Under the pieces are notes generated by a model that was not told the origin of the DNA, ran no database searches, and saw nothing but the letters and a program-made list of their open reading frames with translations. From Eledone cirrhosa (lineage: Eukaryota): a stretch of DNA of 64,000 nt. A program made the position numbers and the translations under genes. The number at the start of each line of letters is the position of its first letter. Position 1 is the stretch's first letter. The stretch spans positions 68,324,001 to 68,388,000 of the forward strand of contig OZ024742.1 in NCBI GenBank assembly GCA_964016885.1, given 5' to 3'. This document shows, piece by piece, positions 25,527 through 41,439 of the stretch.

Positions 25527-25779
25527 GTAGTTCCACAACAGTTAGTTATGCGGATCATCATCTCGGTCTGAGTGAAGTTGTACGGAAAATGAAAAACAAC
25601 CGTATGAATACGCATGCGCAGAAACGGTCACCTCTCCTAGGTGATATAAATCCCACGGTCGAAATGTGTAAGGGAGATAACTGCGAATATCCGGAATAAA
25701 TTATTCGAGTTGATCAGAATATTAGAAGGTTGATGTTATTCAATCTGGAGCTTTGTAATAATACAAGAGGTGCTTCCAG

Positions 25780-26063
25780 ACGTGTGGGCAAATTGAAAAA
25801 AGCTCATTTCTCGAACTTAGGCAATCGTTAATGCGTTAACTCATCAGGATATCGATCCTTTCTTCAATGCACAGTCCACAAGACGGATTATCCCTTGCGT
25901 ATGGCTTGGACCTAGCGTTAGCTTTCCACTGGATGGAGTAGTCTACGTCTGTGTCTTTGAGAGACCATACGTGGCTCGCGAGTTTCGTGGACGATCGTTG
26001 GTCCGGGTATCTAAAGGTCGACTGATGGTTCAGGAAGCGTTCCTTATACCGGCCCTCCACCAT
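25780..26063 (-). mobile_element. PLE 3' fragment (GIY-YIG C-terminal part)
   Basis: [44 protein letters not shown]; truncated at (TA)n. Confidence 0.88.
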
Positions 26064-26068
26064 ATATA

Positions 26069-26155
<87 letters not shown>

Positions 26156-26984
26156 TGTATATATATATATATATATATATATAAGGATTTTTCTAACCAT
26201 GTTTATATCGCTTATGATGTGACTACGTTCCCAATTGAACTACAGTTCTTTCAAATTAGTTGCTAAAATCTTTGTCTATAATTTTTAACGAACTTATTTC
26301 AGAAATTGATAAAAATAGTGCCTCATAATATCTGACGTCCGAATCTATCGAGTATATCTTTCATATAGTATTTTTCTCACAAAACAATATTAATGTCTAC
26401 AATGAGCAGTGGAATCTTTCAGTAACCTTTCAGTAACCTTTGGGTGATAAACTCTGTATCAATCCAGTTACCTCTTCGATTTAATCGACTGTTTCTCACT
26501 TAAACTTTGTAGTCTTGTACCCTATGTTATTAATAATTACTAAGGCTGATTGTAGACAGAATTTCTAGACAAATAGGCGAAAAAATCTCCATTCGAGTTG
26601 TAAATAGCTGCATCACTTTAGATTCTGAATGCGAATATTTTCAACCCGAGTTTCATAAGTTAATTATAGTAATATACACATTAGTTGTGTTAATTGGTTG
26701 TGTTTTGGCAGAATCTTTAAAATAAAATAACTTGCTCTATTTAGTTACTCATCTTTACTTCTGACGACAAACTTACAAACATAACAGCTGAAACGATGTT
26801 CTTTTCAGTGCCGGATAATATTTCAACTCCAAATATTTGCTAGCTCTCTACAATAATCGGGTAAAGACCACCACAGAATGCTACTCGCATATCAGCAACG
26901 ATACTACTGCTAAACTCACAAACATTCTATTTAACATCTAAAAGAAGACTACCCAGCTGATTTGCAAAATCTCATTCACCAAAT

Positions 26985-27135
26985 ATGGTGAATTGGCAGT
27001 GTCGATAAGGCGTCGGATTAAAGAACCGTATCTTTATCTGGGCTCACTACATTTGCGTTCAAATCTTGCCGCGGTCATATTTGCCATACCGCCATTCGTG
27101 GAAGAAAAATTAGTAGTCGAGTGCTGGGGTTGATT
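26985..27135 (+). mobile_element. Diverged SINE S1-like copy
   Basis: ttggcagtgtcg A-box and gttcaaatcttgccgcggtc B-box; other diverged pieces at 27640-27775 (+) and 42160-42320 (-). Confidence 0.6.
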
Positions 27136-28203
27136 CTTTCTTTATCTGTCTTTATGTCATTCCATCTGTCTCAGCAAGAAAATTGCTGTGCTGAGAACTG
27201 AAATTTCAACTTTAGTTTAAAGAGGTATAATTTTTCATTAACTCTCTATTAAAATTTCAACGTTTTCTATTTCCTTGAGATATCCACATACCACTTCCGG
27301 TCAAGTACATATGAATCACTTGTCTCTCGTCATTTCATCACCTGCACCATGTATATAAATATATATATATATATATATCTTTATCGCTATGGTGCACACT
27401 AAACACTACATCCTCTCCTCCGACTCTATTATTTCATCGACTTGTATGAATGTGTTAGGAAGTGAATCATACTGTTAATATTTTTCAGTGGGTATTCGAT
27501 GGGAGAATCTGGAGAGCGTAGAACAGAACGCTCTTAAGCTCTTTCGATACATTGTTTCAGTACAAATCTCTAAGAGTTCGACATTACTTTTCATTTTAGG
27601 TAGCCCTAAAGGAAGTAGCACTTATGTACTAAAGTCCTGTCGAGGTCCACTTTACCTGTCATCCTTTCGGTGCCAATAAGATAAAGAACCAGTCAAGTAC
27701 TAGGGTTTATTAAATCAACTTTGCCCTTCACCTAAATTTACTGGCTCTGTGCCTAAATTAGAAACTATTATTATTATAATAAATTCAAAGATGGTTATCA
27801 TAAAACATATCGTTTCTAAATACAAATATGGCTGTGCTGACAAAGGAAAGTAAGACACGAAATAAAATCTAAAAAAACAGGACGAAAGGGAGACGAAGAG
27901 AAAGAGAGGAAGGGGAAGAAATCTTGATTTCGGTCTGGGTAGTTAAGGAAGATATAAAAGAATAAATATAATATCATGTTGATAATACTAATGATAAACA
28001 AACAACAGGAAGAAGAATAAGGCAAGTAAATATAAAAACAAAAGGAAGCGAAGATGATGTCGATAAATATTGTTAAAAGAATATGATATTAAATGAGAAA
28101 AAATTGATTTATAACAACAGATGTAAACTGGTGTAATAACATAGATAAGATATTAAGAAAAGGGTGGACTTCTTTGTTGTTTGTTGGTGTCTAGAAATGT
28201 CTG

Positions 28204-28264
<61 letters not shown>

Positions 28265-28459
28265 CATATATATATACATACATATATACTTATGTGTATA
28301 TATCTATATAATGTAGGTATATATACATACATATATACTTGTGTGTATATATCTATGTAATGTAGGTATATATACATACATATATATAAAAGTATATGTG
28401 TGTGTGTGTGTATATATATATGTGTGTGTATATATGTATATATATATATATATATATAC

Positions 28460-28694
<235 letters not shown>

Positions 28695-28715
28695 AATATA
28701 TATATATATATATGC

Positions 28716-28835
<120 letters not shown>

Positions 28836-29199
28836 GGCGATCATTTGGTTAATTTAAGAACCAAACAAATTTGAAATATAGATACCACTATGCAGATAAC
28901 TATAAATAATAGTTAAATGAATATGAGAGTGTACCCCAACAGCAAAACGTTAGAGACGCCTACATGGGATCTAACCGCCCATCTCTCGATTTCCAGGGGG
29001 GTATTTTAGTATCGCGGTGTAAACGTGATTTCCTGGCATACGAGTGATAGGTGTTTGCGAAACCTGCACGAAACCTTATTCCGTTCAAGAGGTACTTTAA
29101 CCGAGATATCTAATTATTGTTTACATTTATCAACTATTATTAACGTTTTCTGCATTGTGGCGACTATATTTGAAATTTCATATAAATTTATATATATAT

Positions 29200-29808
29200 A
29201 AACAAACACCGAGCATTATAATAAATGTTCGGTAAACCGATACGTGCATATATATATGTGTGTGCATGTATGTATATATATACATACTACTGTACGTCTG
29301 TATACATATATGTATGTACGTATACATACATACTTACATTTAAGAGTGAGAAATGAAATTTCGTTTCATTCTATTCCATTTATCGTTTTCGGTGTGCCCG
29401 GCCGACTGAACTCACTCGATATGCAAATTAGGCTGCTCAGCCGTTAATATGCATAAGGAAAGTATATACTTTCAGACGTTCAACCATCTGGCAGGAAGGT
29501 ATATGATGCTGACGATAGCTAATAAGCTTGAAACTAGTACATCGTTCCTGTGTCAGTGTTTAACAAAAAGATGACGTGGGTGCCTAAACACTGTACGGCG
29601 TAATTCGGGCTGTTTGTTTGTTTACAAACAAACAAACCGAGCATTATAATAAATGTTCGGTAAATATATATATCTGTGCGTGTATGTGTATATATATACA
29701 TACTACTGTACGTCTGTATACATATATGTATGTACGTATACATACTCACATTTAAGTAAGCGCCGTACTAAGAGTGAGAAATGAAATTTCGTTTCATTCT
29801 ATTCCATT

Positions 29809-29810
<2 letters not shown>
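29200..29810 (+). mobile_element. Retrozyme/mini-PLE-like element: about 175-bp direct repeats around an intact HHR, in (TA)n
   Basis: ccgagcattataataaatgttcggtaaa...taagagtgagaaatgaaatttcgtttcattctattccattta at about 29200-29372 and 29630-29810. Confidence 0.8.
29504..29544 (+). ncRNA. Minimal type I hammerhead ribozyme
   Basis: gatg-CTGACGA-t-agct-aata-agct-t-GAAA-ctag-TA-catc: canonical core, all three stems, palindromic stem III. Confidence 0.88.
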
Positions 29811-30206
<396 letters not shown>

Positions 30207-30212
30207 TATATA

Positions 30213-30246
<34 letters not shown>

Positions 30247-30258
30247 AATATATATATA

Positions 30259-30297
<39 letters not shown>

Positions 30298-30339
30298 TTA
30301 TATACAATACCACATGTTTTATCAATGTATATGATACAC

Positions 30340-30401
30340 ATCTACAATATTATTATCTGTGCCGTTTTTCTTGATGTCAGCCCTTGTGGCCAATAAAGAA
30401 A

Positions 30402-30463
<62 letters not shown>

Positions 30464-30476
30464 GTTATTATTATTA
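30340..30476 (+). mobile_element. Tx1-type 3' terminus followed by (ATT)n
   Basis: cccttgtggccaataaagaaatc matches the Tx1 3' end (cccttgtggcaaataaatagaaa) but runs into (ATT)n. Confidence 0.5.
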
Positions 30477-30997
30477 GGTGTGTGTATTGTGTATGTCTTA
30501 ATGCATATGTGAGCGAATCGATCCCTCATCTCTGTGTGTGTCTGTGCGTGTGTGTGTATTTGTATACATATATATACACTTGTATGTATATAAATTTGTA
30601 AGTATGAAGACGTACAGAATAAACATTAAATGCAGACAGCAAGATTTGAAAAATGATGTATGATTAAGTTTGACAGCACACGTTAATTATTGCTGATGGC
30701 CTGTCGAATACTTTCTGTATTACTCTCCCCTTCACAGTCTTTCTCTCTCTCCCTCTCTCTCTCGCTCTCTCTCACCCTCTCTATCTGGCTCTCTCGCTCT
30801 CTTTATTCATACGCATATTTACATATATATGTGAATATATATATATATATATTTAATATTGTTTCATTGCATACAAACAAAAGCCATACACTCCCATTCA
30901 TAAGAATTGATTCGGACATATACATATATATGTATGTACATACATAAATGTATATATATATATATATGAATATGAATACAGTTGTGTGTGTGTGTGC

Positions 30998-31028
<31 letters not shown>

Positions 31029-31225
31029 GGGGGTGAGAGAGAGAGAGAGAGAGAGGTGGGGGTTAGTTTTCTCTACTCTATATCTATATTGCATTTAATT
31101 TGTTTTCATACAGGAGTATTTTTTATGGTTTAATACTTGTCAGATATATTGTAGATAAATAAGTATATCAGTCCGTTGATCGACAGAAAAACAGACATAC
31201 AAATATATAGTGAGATAGATAGATA

Positions 31226-32190
31226 ATTTTCTTTTTATTTGCCACCAGGGCATAAAAAAAAGTACAATGGGGGGAGTTTACATAAAAAGGCGTCCTCAAT
31301 AAGGAGGAGGCAATAACAAAATATAAAAATAAAATAAAATATAACAAAGTAAAATTTATAACAAAATCCTCAATAGGTAGGAGGCGCATTGGGGGGTCGC
31401 ACACACCCCCGAAAAAAAGTGTGCAACCCTTCTCCTCAGGAGCACAGAGAGGGGGTGCTCCCTTGGTCTTTCATCTTCCTCACCTATAGTCTGGTGTAGA
31501 GTGAAGGCCCATTCACACGGGCCATTCTCGCCACTTTCACCCATCTTTCATAAAAACGGCTGGGGTGCAGCACCTCTCTCTCCATCCTGATCCTTCTTCC
31601 GAAATGATATCGGAAGAAACGGACCAGTTGTTGGCCAGAGAGAAAGGTGTCTGACCTCAGTCCTTTCAGACGCGTCCACCATACAACCTCTTTCGCCATG
31701 GCTATTACGCACAGAAACACCGCCTCTCCTTCGTTTTTGAAGAGGGGGGGGGGCTTGATCGTTACAATAGACTCGGTGGTCAACCGGATCGGTCCCACCC
31801 TTGACAGCAGTTGTTCGACATAGCCCCACAGATCGGCAATGCCCGAGCAGTGTACCAATGCGTGTGCAACGGTTTCCTCGTCGCACACGCATCTGGGACA
31901 GATCTTTTTCGAGAGGTCCCTACCCGGGCGCCCGTGTCTGTAGAGCCTTTCTCGAACGGGTAGAGCCCTTCTGTAGCACTGCCAGGCCAGGGACCTCTGG
32001 AAGTTATCCATGGGTCCCAGGCTGAATGTCCTACCGAACAGGTTGGCCAGTTCATCTTCCTACATGCCTAGGGCTTCTCCTAGGGTGTCGTCGCACCTGC
32101 TAACCACCAGCCCTCTATAGAATGACGAGGTGGATTCTCCACTGACAGCCGGGTCCGCCTGCCAGAGAGCCGTGAGCTCCTGGGCACACT
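31226..32190 (-). mobile_element. 5'-truncated Tx1 copy in (GATA)n
   Basis: DNFQRSLAWQCYRRALPVRERLY..CPRC..HALVHC and a 3'UTR like 7837-8050; GATA repeats on both sides. Confidence 0.93.
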
Positions 32191-32217
32191 AGTTAGATAG
32201 ATAGATAGATAGATAGT

Positions 32218-32283
<66 letters not shown>

Positions 32284-32291
32284 GGTAGATA

Positions 32292-34286
32292 TGTTTCTTT
32301 ATTAGCCAAGGGGCACAAAAGAAGGGGACAAATACAAAGGGGGAAGTTTACATACAATAAAAACGTGTAAAATGCTATCACAAATGTAATTTAAAAATTA
32401 ATCGATTTTCCCGAATAGGGGGAGACATTTCATATGGGTAACACATACCCCCGAAAAAATGTGCAACCCTCATCTCCAGGAGTACGGAGTGTTTGTACCC
32501 CTTTCCTCTCTTCCTTTTTTCCTCAACCTACAGGCTGATATAGAGAGAAGGCCCATTGACTCGGGCCATTCTCGCCACATCACCCACCTTTCATAAAACT
32601 TGCTGGGGTACAGCACCTCTCTCTCCATCCTGATTCTTCTTCCAAAGTGGTATTTGAAAAAAAGAATCAGTTGATGGCCGGAGTGAAAGGTGTCTGACAT
32701 CAACCCTTTTAACCTCGTCCACCATACAACCTCTTTCGCCATAGCTATCACAAAAAGGAAAACCGCCTCTCCTTCGTTTTTGAAGGGTGGTGGCGGTTTG
32801 ATCATGACAATAGACTCGGTGGTCAACCGGATTACTCCCACCCACGACAATAGTCGTTCTACATAGCCCCACAGGTCGGTAACGCCCGGGCAGTGTATGA
32901 ATGCGTGCGCGACGGTTTCTTCGTCTCGCACGCATCTCGGACAGATCTTTATCGAAGGGTCCCTGCCCGGGCGCCCATGTCTGTAGAGCTTGTCTCGAAC
33001 TGGTAGAGCTCCTCGGTTGCACTGCCAGGCCAGGGACTTTTGGAAGTTGTCGATCGGTCCCGGGCGGAAGATCCTACCGAACAGACTGGCCAGTTCATCT
33101 TCATCTACGCCTAGAGTTTCTCCGAGCGCGTCGCCGCACTTGCTGCGGATCAGCCCTCTATACAATGACGAAATGGAGTCTCCACTGATCGCCGGGTCAG
33201 CCTGCCAGAGGGCTGTGAGCGCCTGAGCACATTCGATGTGCCAGTCGCCCATTTTCCTCGTTCTTTGCTTGACCCAGGACTGCAGATCGGTCAGCGAGAC
33301 AAGTCGTGGGAAGGCTCACCTCACGTACAGGGCCCACACCGGTTGTCCGGTGAGGAATACGTAGAGATGCCGCAGCCTGAGCGCGTGTTTGCGCATCGTC
33401 AGCCACGGCATCCCAAGCCCTCCGTTGGAAGGGTGTTGGCAGCAGATGGATCTTCTCACTAAAGGAACCCGCTTCTTCCAAAGGAATTGGAAGAGCGCCC
33501 GCTACATTTTGGTGAGCGTTTTGGCTGGACAAGGCACGACGGCCAAGCGGTAGTAGATGACGGACGCTATAAAAGTGTTCGCCACCTCCGCTCGACTTTT
33601 CAAGAATAGTTGGCACTCGGCCCACTTCTGAGTGACTGCAAACACCTTGGCGGTCACCTCGTTCCAGTTTTTCTCCACCTGGAAGTCCGGACCAAACCAG
33701 ACCACAAGCATCTTTACTGGTCCTTCCGTCCAGCGTCCGACGACGCCATCGGAAGGCATCGGTTTGCCTCTTCACGTTCCAAGTTGCAAACCGACGGACT
33801 TGTCCCGGTTCAGCTTCGCTCCAGTGAACCTTTCGTATTCCTTCAGTAAGGTGCCGACCTCCTCGGTTTGGGAGGTGCTCGACACCACTACTGTCACGTC
33901 GTCGGCGTAGGCCGACGCCGCTTCTGGAGTCCCTGTTCTAGAGGGATGCCCTGCAATAGCTCCAACTTCGGCAGTAGTGGCTCGAGAGACAGTACGTACA
34001 GAAGGGAGGAGAGAGGGCATCCCTGTCGGATGGATCGCGTGATATGGAATGGGTCCGAGAGGTAGCCGTTCACCTTGACGCTTGAGCAGATATTGCTGTT
34101 GTGCATTGCAGCAATCCAGCCCCTGAACACGGGTCCGCAGCCTGCCGCCTCAAGCACCGCATCCAAGTAACGATGGTCAACCCTATCGAAACCCTTAGAC
34201 TGATCTAAGTTTATCAGGGCTCCACCGAAGCCGGGTTTACACCCTACCCTCTATATGATGTATCGCATGAGGTGGAGGTTGTCGTG
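32292..34286 (-). mobile_element. 5'-truncated Tx1 copy in (GATA)n
   Basis: SIRQGCPLSSLLY, SAYADDV and zinc finger; GATA arrays at 32195-32291 and 34291-34402. Confidence 0.93.
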
Positions 34287-34290
34287 ATAA

Positions 34291-34375
<85 letters not shown>

Positions 34376-34442
34376 CAGATAGATAGATAGATAGATAGAT
34401 AGGGAAATTGACTATGTATGTCTCAGGTTTAGACTATTTATA

Positions 34443-34473
<31 letters not shown>

Positions 34474-34477
34474 TATA

Positions 34478-34947
<470 letters not shown>

Positions 34948-35167
34948 GAATATCTCATATGAAATAATACAGCCAATTTTCCACACAATACAATTAGTTA
35001 GCACCCCGAACGTTTAATTAGGAATATACTCACTTATTTCCTGATGTTTGTTGAGTGAGTTGGGATTTGGCCGGAGTATCGCTATAAGCTTCCTCCGATA
35101 ATGTATTTATATATATATATATATATATGTACATATATATATATGTATTTATATATATATATATATG

Positions 35168-35280
<113 letters not shown>

Positions 35281-35281
35281 G

Positions 35282-35312
<31 letters not shown>

Positions 35313-35313
35313 G

Positions 35314-35368
<55 letters not shown>

Positions 35369-35389
35369 GTATTTATATATATATATATG

Positions 35390-35426
<37 letters not shown>

Positions 35427-35473
35427 GTATATATATATATGTATATATATATATGTATATATATATGTATATG

Positions 35474-35530
<57 letters not shown>

Positions 35531-35576
35531 CAAAAAATTAAATACTTCTACTTATATATATATATATATATATATA

Positions 35577-35779
35577 GGAACAAGTATGACCCCGACGGCA
35601 GAGCTCAAGCCGTTTCGACGGCTAATTCTGGACTCAGAATTCTGGACTCGCGTCCAGAAATAACCGTCGAAACGGCTTGAGCTCTGCCGTCGGGGTCATA
35701 CTTGTTCCTATTACCGACTAAGTATTGAGTACTTTGGTGCGTTATGGTCCATCAGGTTCCTTACCACATTTCCTTAGTT
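35577..35779 (+). mobile_element. Family A copy (hairpin + tail) in (TA)n
   Basis: Both arms share the variants agtatgac and gcagagc; tail as in 23991-24071. Confidence 0.87.
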
Positions 35780-35799
35780 ATATATATATATATATAACG

Positions 35800-35855
<56 letters not shown>

Positions 35856-36017
35856 CAACAAATTAAATACTTCTACTTACATATATATATATAATGCGAG
35901 ACAAATCACATACCCTCCATCTCAATCTCAATTTTACTTTTGAAAATCATAAGAACTGTGAAACCGGTAAACGAAATAAATAAATATTCTGAAAAAGTCT
36001 CCACTTGCATTTTCGAT

Positions 36018-36783
<766 letters not shown>

Positions 36784-36843
36784 TCGGCAAGTATGAAGGA
36801 TTGCTAGAAATAGCCTACCTTCCAGCCAAATGAGTATTGATCA

Positions 36844-36895
<52 letters not shown>

Positions 36896-36899
36896 TTAT

Positions 36900-37775
36900 T
36901 TATAGTTATGTATACACTATATACAACTATAAACAGGAAAGGTCAGTAATGTATTACTACCTTATTATCAGTAAGAAAAAATAACTCAATGTAAATACAT
37001 GAGATATTTTACAGAGCCGGAATATAAATTACACATAGATCAAACTCACTTCCGGAAATTAAACCGTTAGTAAAATCACTCTACAGCAACTTGAAGCCCT
37101 GATAGCAATATAATAGGACCCGTGAACAATCCATGGCTGTGACTGATTAAAAAGATTCACTAAAATAAAACATAGCCAATGTAATGGAAAAGATAGCAAT
37201 AACATTGGTACCCTCAGCACATATACATTTGAACATTACAGAAACAACCGTCACACTACATGCACCATAAACACATAGTTTTAATACAAAAACAGCTTTG
37301 CGTGATATGCTTATTTTATGTGATACCTTTGCCTTGCAAAAAATTATATATGCCTAATACCATTGCTTGTTTCCTTCATGTATATGACTAATGCATTTGC
37401 ACTCTTTTTACGCTTGCATATGTTCTGCTATTGTCCTCGTTTTACGAGTAACTTTCTACCTTAATGCCTCTTTAATTGTTATAGTATTCCCTTATAATCT
37501 CTGTCGCTTGCATTCCACTCTGTACCTTTTTCATTTTTAATTTTTAATTTTAATTATTATACAATTCTCTTGTAATCTATGTCGCATCCATTCCACCCTG
37601 TAAATTGTTGTTGACATTAATATCTATGTATCTAACTGTTTGTTCAGTTGAATAGGAGGTTAATTATATGTACAAACATTGCTACTGACCCGATTATTAA
37701 AAACGTTAGTTTGGAAGAAACGATTGTCAGCAATGAAATGATTTGAACTTAGCTTTGATTATTGTGTAATTTATT
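36900..37775 (+). mobile_element. Family C non-coding insert between TA arrays, homologous to 42968-43600 (minus)
   Basis: Shared gaataggaggttaattat and gtttggaagaaacgattgtcagcaat; left boundary approximate. Confidence 0.65.
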
Positions 37776-37804
37776 TATATATATATATATATATACTATT
37801 ATAT

Positions 37805-37912
<108 letters not shown>

Positions 37913-38319
37913 TTATTATATATGTATATATAGGAAACCTGTTGATAGCGTAAGTTCGTGTTTCGGTCTACAAATACCACAAACCTGCATACTGCGCAAG
38001 ACGGATTGTTGATTTTGAATTTCACAGAAACCAATCGAGGTTTTTGTATAATATCTTTCGATACGATCAAGGCTTGTTATTTAAAATGATTATATTTTCG
38101 TTGTTGTGGTGGCTTCTGTGGCTTTGTCCCCTTAACCACAATTTTTAATTTGTCACGTTGTTTAACGTATGTTTATTACTCTAAGATGTAACTTATCGAT
38201 TTATCGATACATTCTTATTGAGTGCTTCGTGCAAGCTCCGAATAGTTTTTTTTGTGGGTGCTGGCCGACTGCCGCAACTTCGATTTTACTAACTTCCACT
38301 CTTCCACATTTATATATAC

Positions 38320-38373
<54 letters not shown>

Positions 38374-38376
<3 letters not shown>

Positions 38377-38432
38377 AAAAAGTATGACCCCGACGGCAGA
38401 GCTCAACCCGTTTCGACGGCTATTTCTGGACT
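38374..38432 (-). mobile_element. Family A single-arm copy in (TA)n
   Basis: ggaaaaagtatgaccccgacggcagagctcaacccgtttcgacggctatttctggac. Confidence 0.85.
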
Positions 38433-38706
38433 CATATATATATATATACATATATAAATGCATGTATAGTATATTTTGGCAATATACCGTATGTTTAATT
38501 AAAAACATTTAGAAGGCCATACGCTATCAGTTTTAAAGTAGTGACTATGTCACCTGCTTCTTTTCGGTGAAAGAAGGGAGAGTAGCTGACAGTCTGTATA
38601 AATGGGAGAAGCAAGCAGTCGCCAAGTATGAAATAGATCCCCTTCCAGTCTAGATTTATTCGAAGTAAGAAGGTTTGGTGCTGCAGTCGGACTTTACCTA
38701 ACTATG

Positions 38707-38750
<44 letters not shown>

Positions 38751-38803
38751 ACTCACTCTCTCTCTTTATATATACTTATATAATATATACATATATATAC
38801 ATA

Positions 38804-39020
38804 TAACAAAGGAATTGTGGTAAGGAACCAGATGGACCATAACGCACCAGAGTACTCAATACTTAGGGTAGTACAGTGGGAAATAGGAAAAAGTATGACC
38901 CCGACGGCAGAGCTCAAGCCGTTTCGATGGCTATTTCTGGACTAAAATCTAAAATTGATTTTAGTCCAGAAATAGCCGTCGAAACGGCTTGAGCTCTGCC
39001 GTCGGGGTCATACTTCTTCC
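38804..39020 (-). mobile_element. Family A copy (hairpin + tail), minus orientation
   Basis: Reverse-complement tail at 38804-38884, then a hairpin at 38886-39020 with a longer apex. Confidence 0.87.
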
Positions 39021-39060
<40 letters not shown>

Positions 39061-40599
39061 TGCTACTCATAAGCAGACTCACACCCGTGTGTGTCTATTC
39101 AGGTAAATAAAATAGACAAATATATTGTTTTCAAACCAAATATTGATATTTTATAGCAAGCATCAATACAAATATATTCGAAGGAATATAACTTATACAA
39201 TGAAAAATATGTTATAAATATTTGTCAGTTATTCACATTATAGGTCTGTATATATTTAGCACAGTATATATAGTATTGTCTATAATGTAGGTATATCATT
39301 TAACTACATACCGTTACATATATTAATACAGATACGCTGTTTCGTTCAATTTCTATTGACTAGTTTCCGTCATTAGACAGCGAGGCATAGTCTTGATAAG
39401 AGTTGATCAAGAGATATTCTTCGAGCGTGGTACAAATTTCACAGATTTCAAGTCGAACCACTAAGTTACGGACATCGACAAAAGCAAAAACGTAAACAGA
39501 GACGCACACAAAGAGAGACATACACACACAGACAGCTGTGTCATACATGACAACCTCCCTAGTGCTGGTAATCTACAGAATAATCGCCACCAGTACACTC
39601 CGTAAACTGGTTGGTAACGATTATAAGAACGGCTTCCAGCCGTGAGATCCGTCCAGTCCTTGCTAGAAAGGAAAAAAGAGCTTAAACGATTATATATATA
39701 ACTTGAGATTAAAGATGACAAACAAAGAACATGAGTCAGTGTGGAATTCTGAAATTCTGATATGACAGAAAGAGAAAGGTAGACAGAAACAAGACAAAGA
39801 TGTGAAAGAGTGAGATATGGAAAAAAGGAAAGGAAAAAGAAAGATAAATAGAATGAGGAGCGAAATTCAGGTGATACTTATACTAGAACGATCGGGCAGA
39901 AAAAGTAAATTGCATTGGTGAAAGAGAAGGGTGGCTGAAACTGATCAGAGGGGTATTCTGGAAGGACAGAGAGAAAAATACAGAAAAAATAAAACAAAAA
40001 CAAAAAAGAGACGCAGATATTTGAAGAGTGGAGGAAAGAAAGCAAGATTTGCAGTTTAAAGTGTGTAAACAAAGAATGTAGACCAAAACAAAATGAGCAC
40101 AACCAAATTTTACATCTTAATTAACTTTTTAGCTAATTTTATCTATTATATATCTTTAAATGCATACGATATCTTTTATAAATTATTTGAATTCTATTTA
40201 AGATTACACACCACTTCCGATATTTTTCATGGGTGAAAATAAAATTTTTTATCACCTTTGAAAATGTATCCGCAACTTCGAAAATGTCAAGAAATACTGT
40301 ATATGCTTCTGTGATTGTTCGTTTCCTTATTTCTGAGTAAAACTTGTACACACATACAAATAACTCATTTTTATGTTCAACTTTGTTTCATTTATTGTCT
40401 TTCCACAACTTGCTTTCTAACCGTGTCATCTTAATTCTAATGAATTTATTGTGTTTATATCATTTGTAACATAGCCTTCTAGTATATAGATTAGTTGTGG
40501 CAAAAATAGGATTGTAGCATAGTGTTGTTTTTGTAACAACAATATACCGTTTTTACCAGTCTATATTTTAAGTATATATAGAAAGGACAATGGAATTGA

Positions 40600-41242
40600 T
40601 GAGTTAATATCTGTATACAACAACTACGCGATGGGACCCACCCACAGCCTCGGCAGACAGAATGGAGTAGGCGTTTCCCCGGACAACGGCAAGGGAGACG
40701 CGCTGGAAAAGCCACTCCAACTCGCGGGGCTCACTCCTGCGGCTGGACAGCTCAGCGCTTATGATGGTGAGTAAGGAGGTAGCCCTGGGGCCGAGGACAC
40801 CAGAAGTCTACACTGCCAGGGGTACGACCGCAAACCTGTCGGAGAGCGACCGGTATTTGAGGAGTTTGGTCCCCTCAGCCCGACGTGCAGCAGAACCTGG
40901 GTCAGTCGCAGACTGCACCAGGTTGCGGCTGCAGAAAGTGTCGGTGCAAGTGGCATCCCAGACGAGGGGTTTGCCACCGCGGAACGGGAAGATGGTCATG
41001 CCATCTGGCCTTTTGCCGTCCCCTCGATCCAGCCCCACCGGCTCGAGCTGGGAAGGGAAGCCTGCAGCGTCCAAGCCATGCTTAATGACCTCATTGAGGG
41101 CAGCATTGCGTAGAATGCGGCCGGCACTGTGGCGACAAGAAAGTGGGTGGAGGCCGAAAGAGTCCACGGTGGAACCGCAGCGACATTGGTGTGGCTGGCA
41201 GATCGAGAGGCCGAGCCTCAGGGAAACGCCGATTCGCAGGCT
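40600..41242 (-). mobile_element. 3' fragment of a REL-endonuclease non-LTR retrotransposon (CRE-like)
   Basis: HPLSC knuckle, RNAALNEVI, LEPVGLDRGDGKRPDGMTIFPF, LVWDATC, KLLKY, SLAVVRGNAYSIL. Confidence 0.85.
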
Positions 41243-41439
41243 ATGGTTTTTGTTATTTTTCTATTAAGATGACGAATGTTTGTACAGATATAGAAAAGCT
41301 ATTGTGAAAACCGATAGATATTTGTTATATTTACAATTTAGTTAGTTAGGAAAGGATAACGCCAAAGATATTTTACTTTTCTCGGATGATGGGGCTCTTT
41401 GGAGGAAGGACTGACATTATTCTTAATCTGGAGGCCTGT

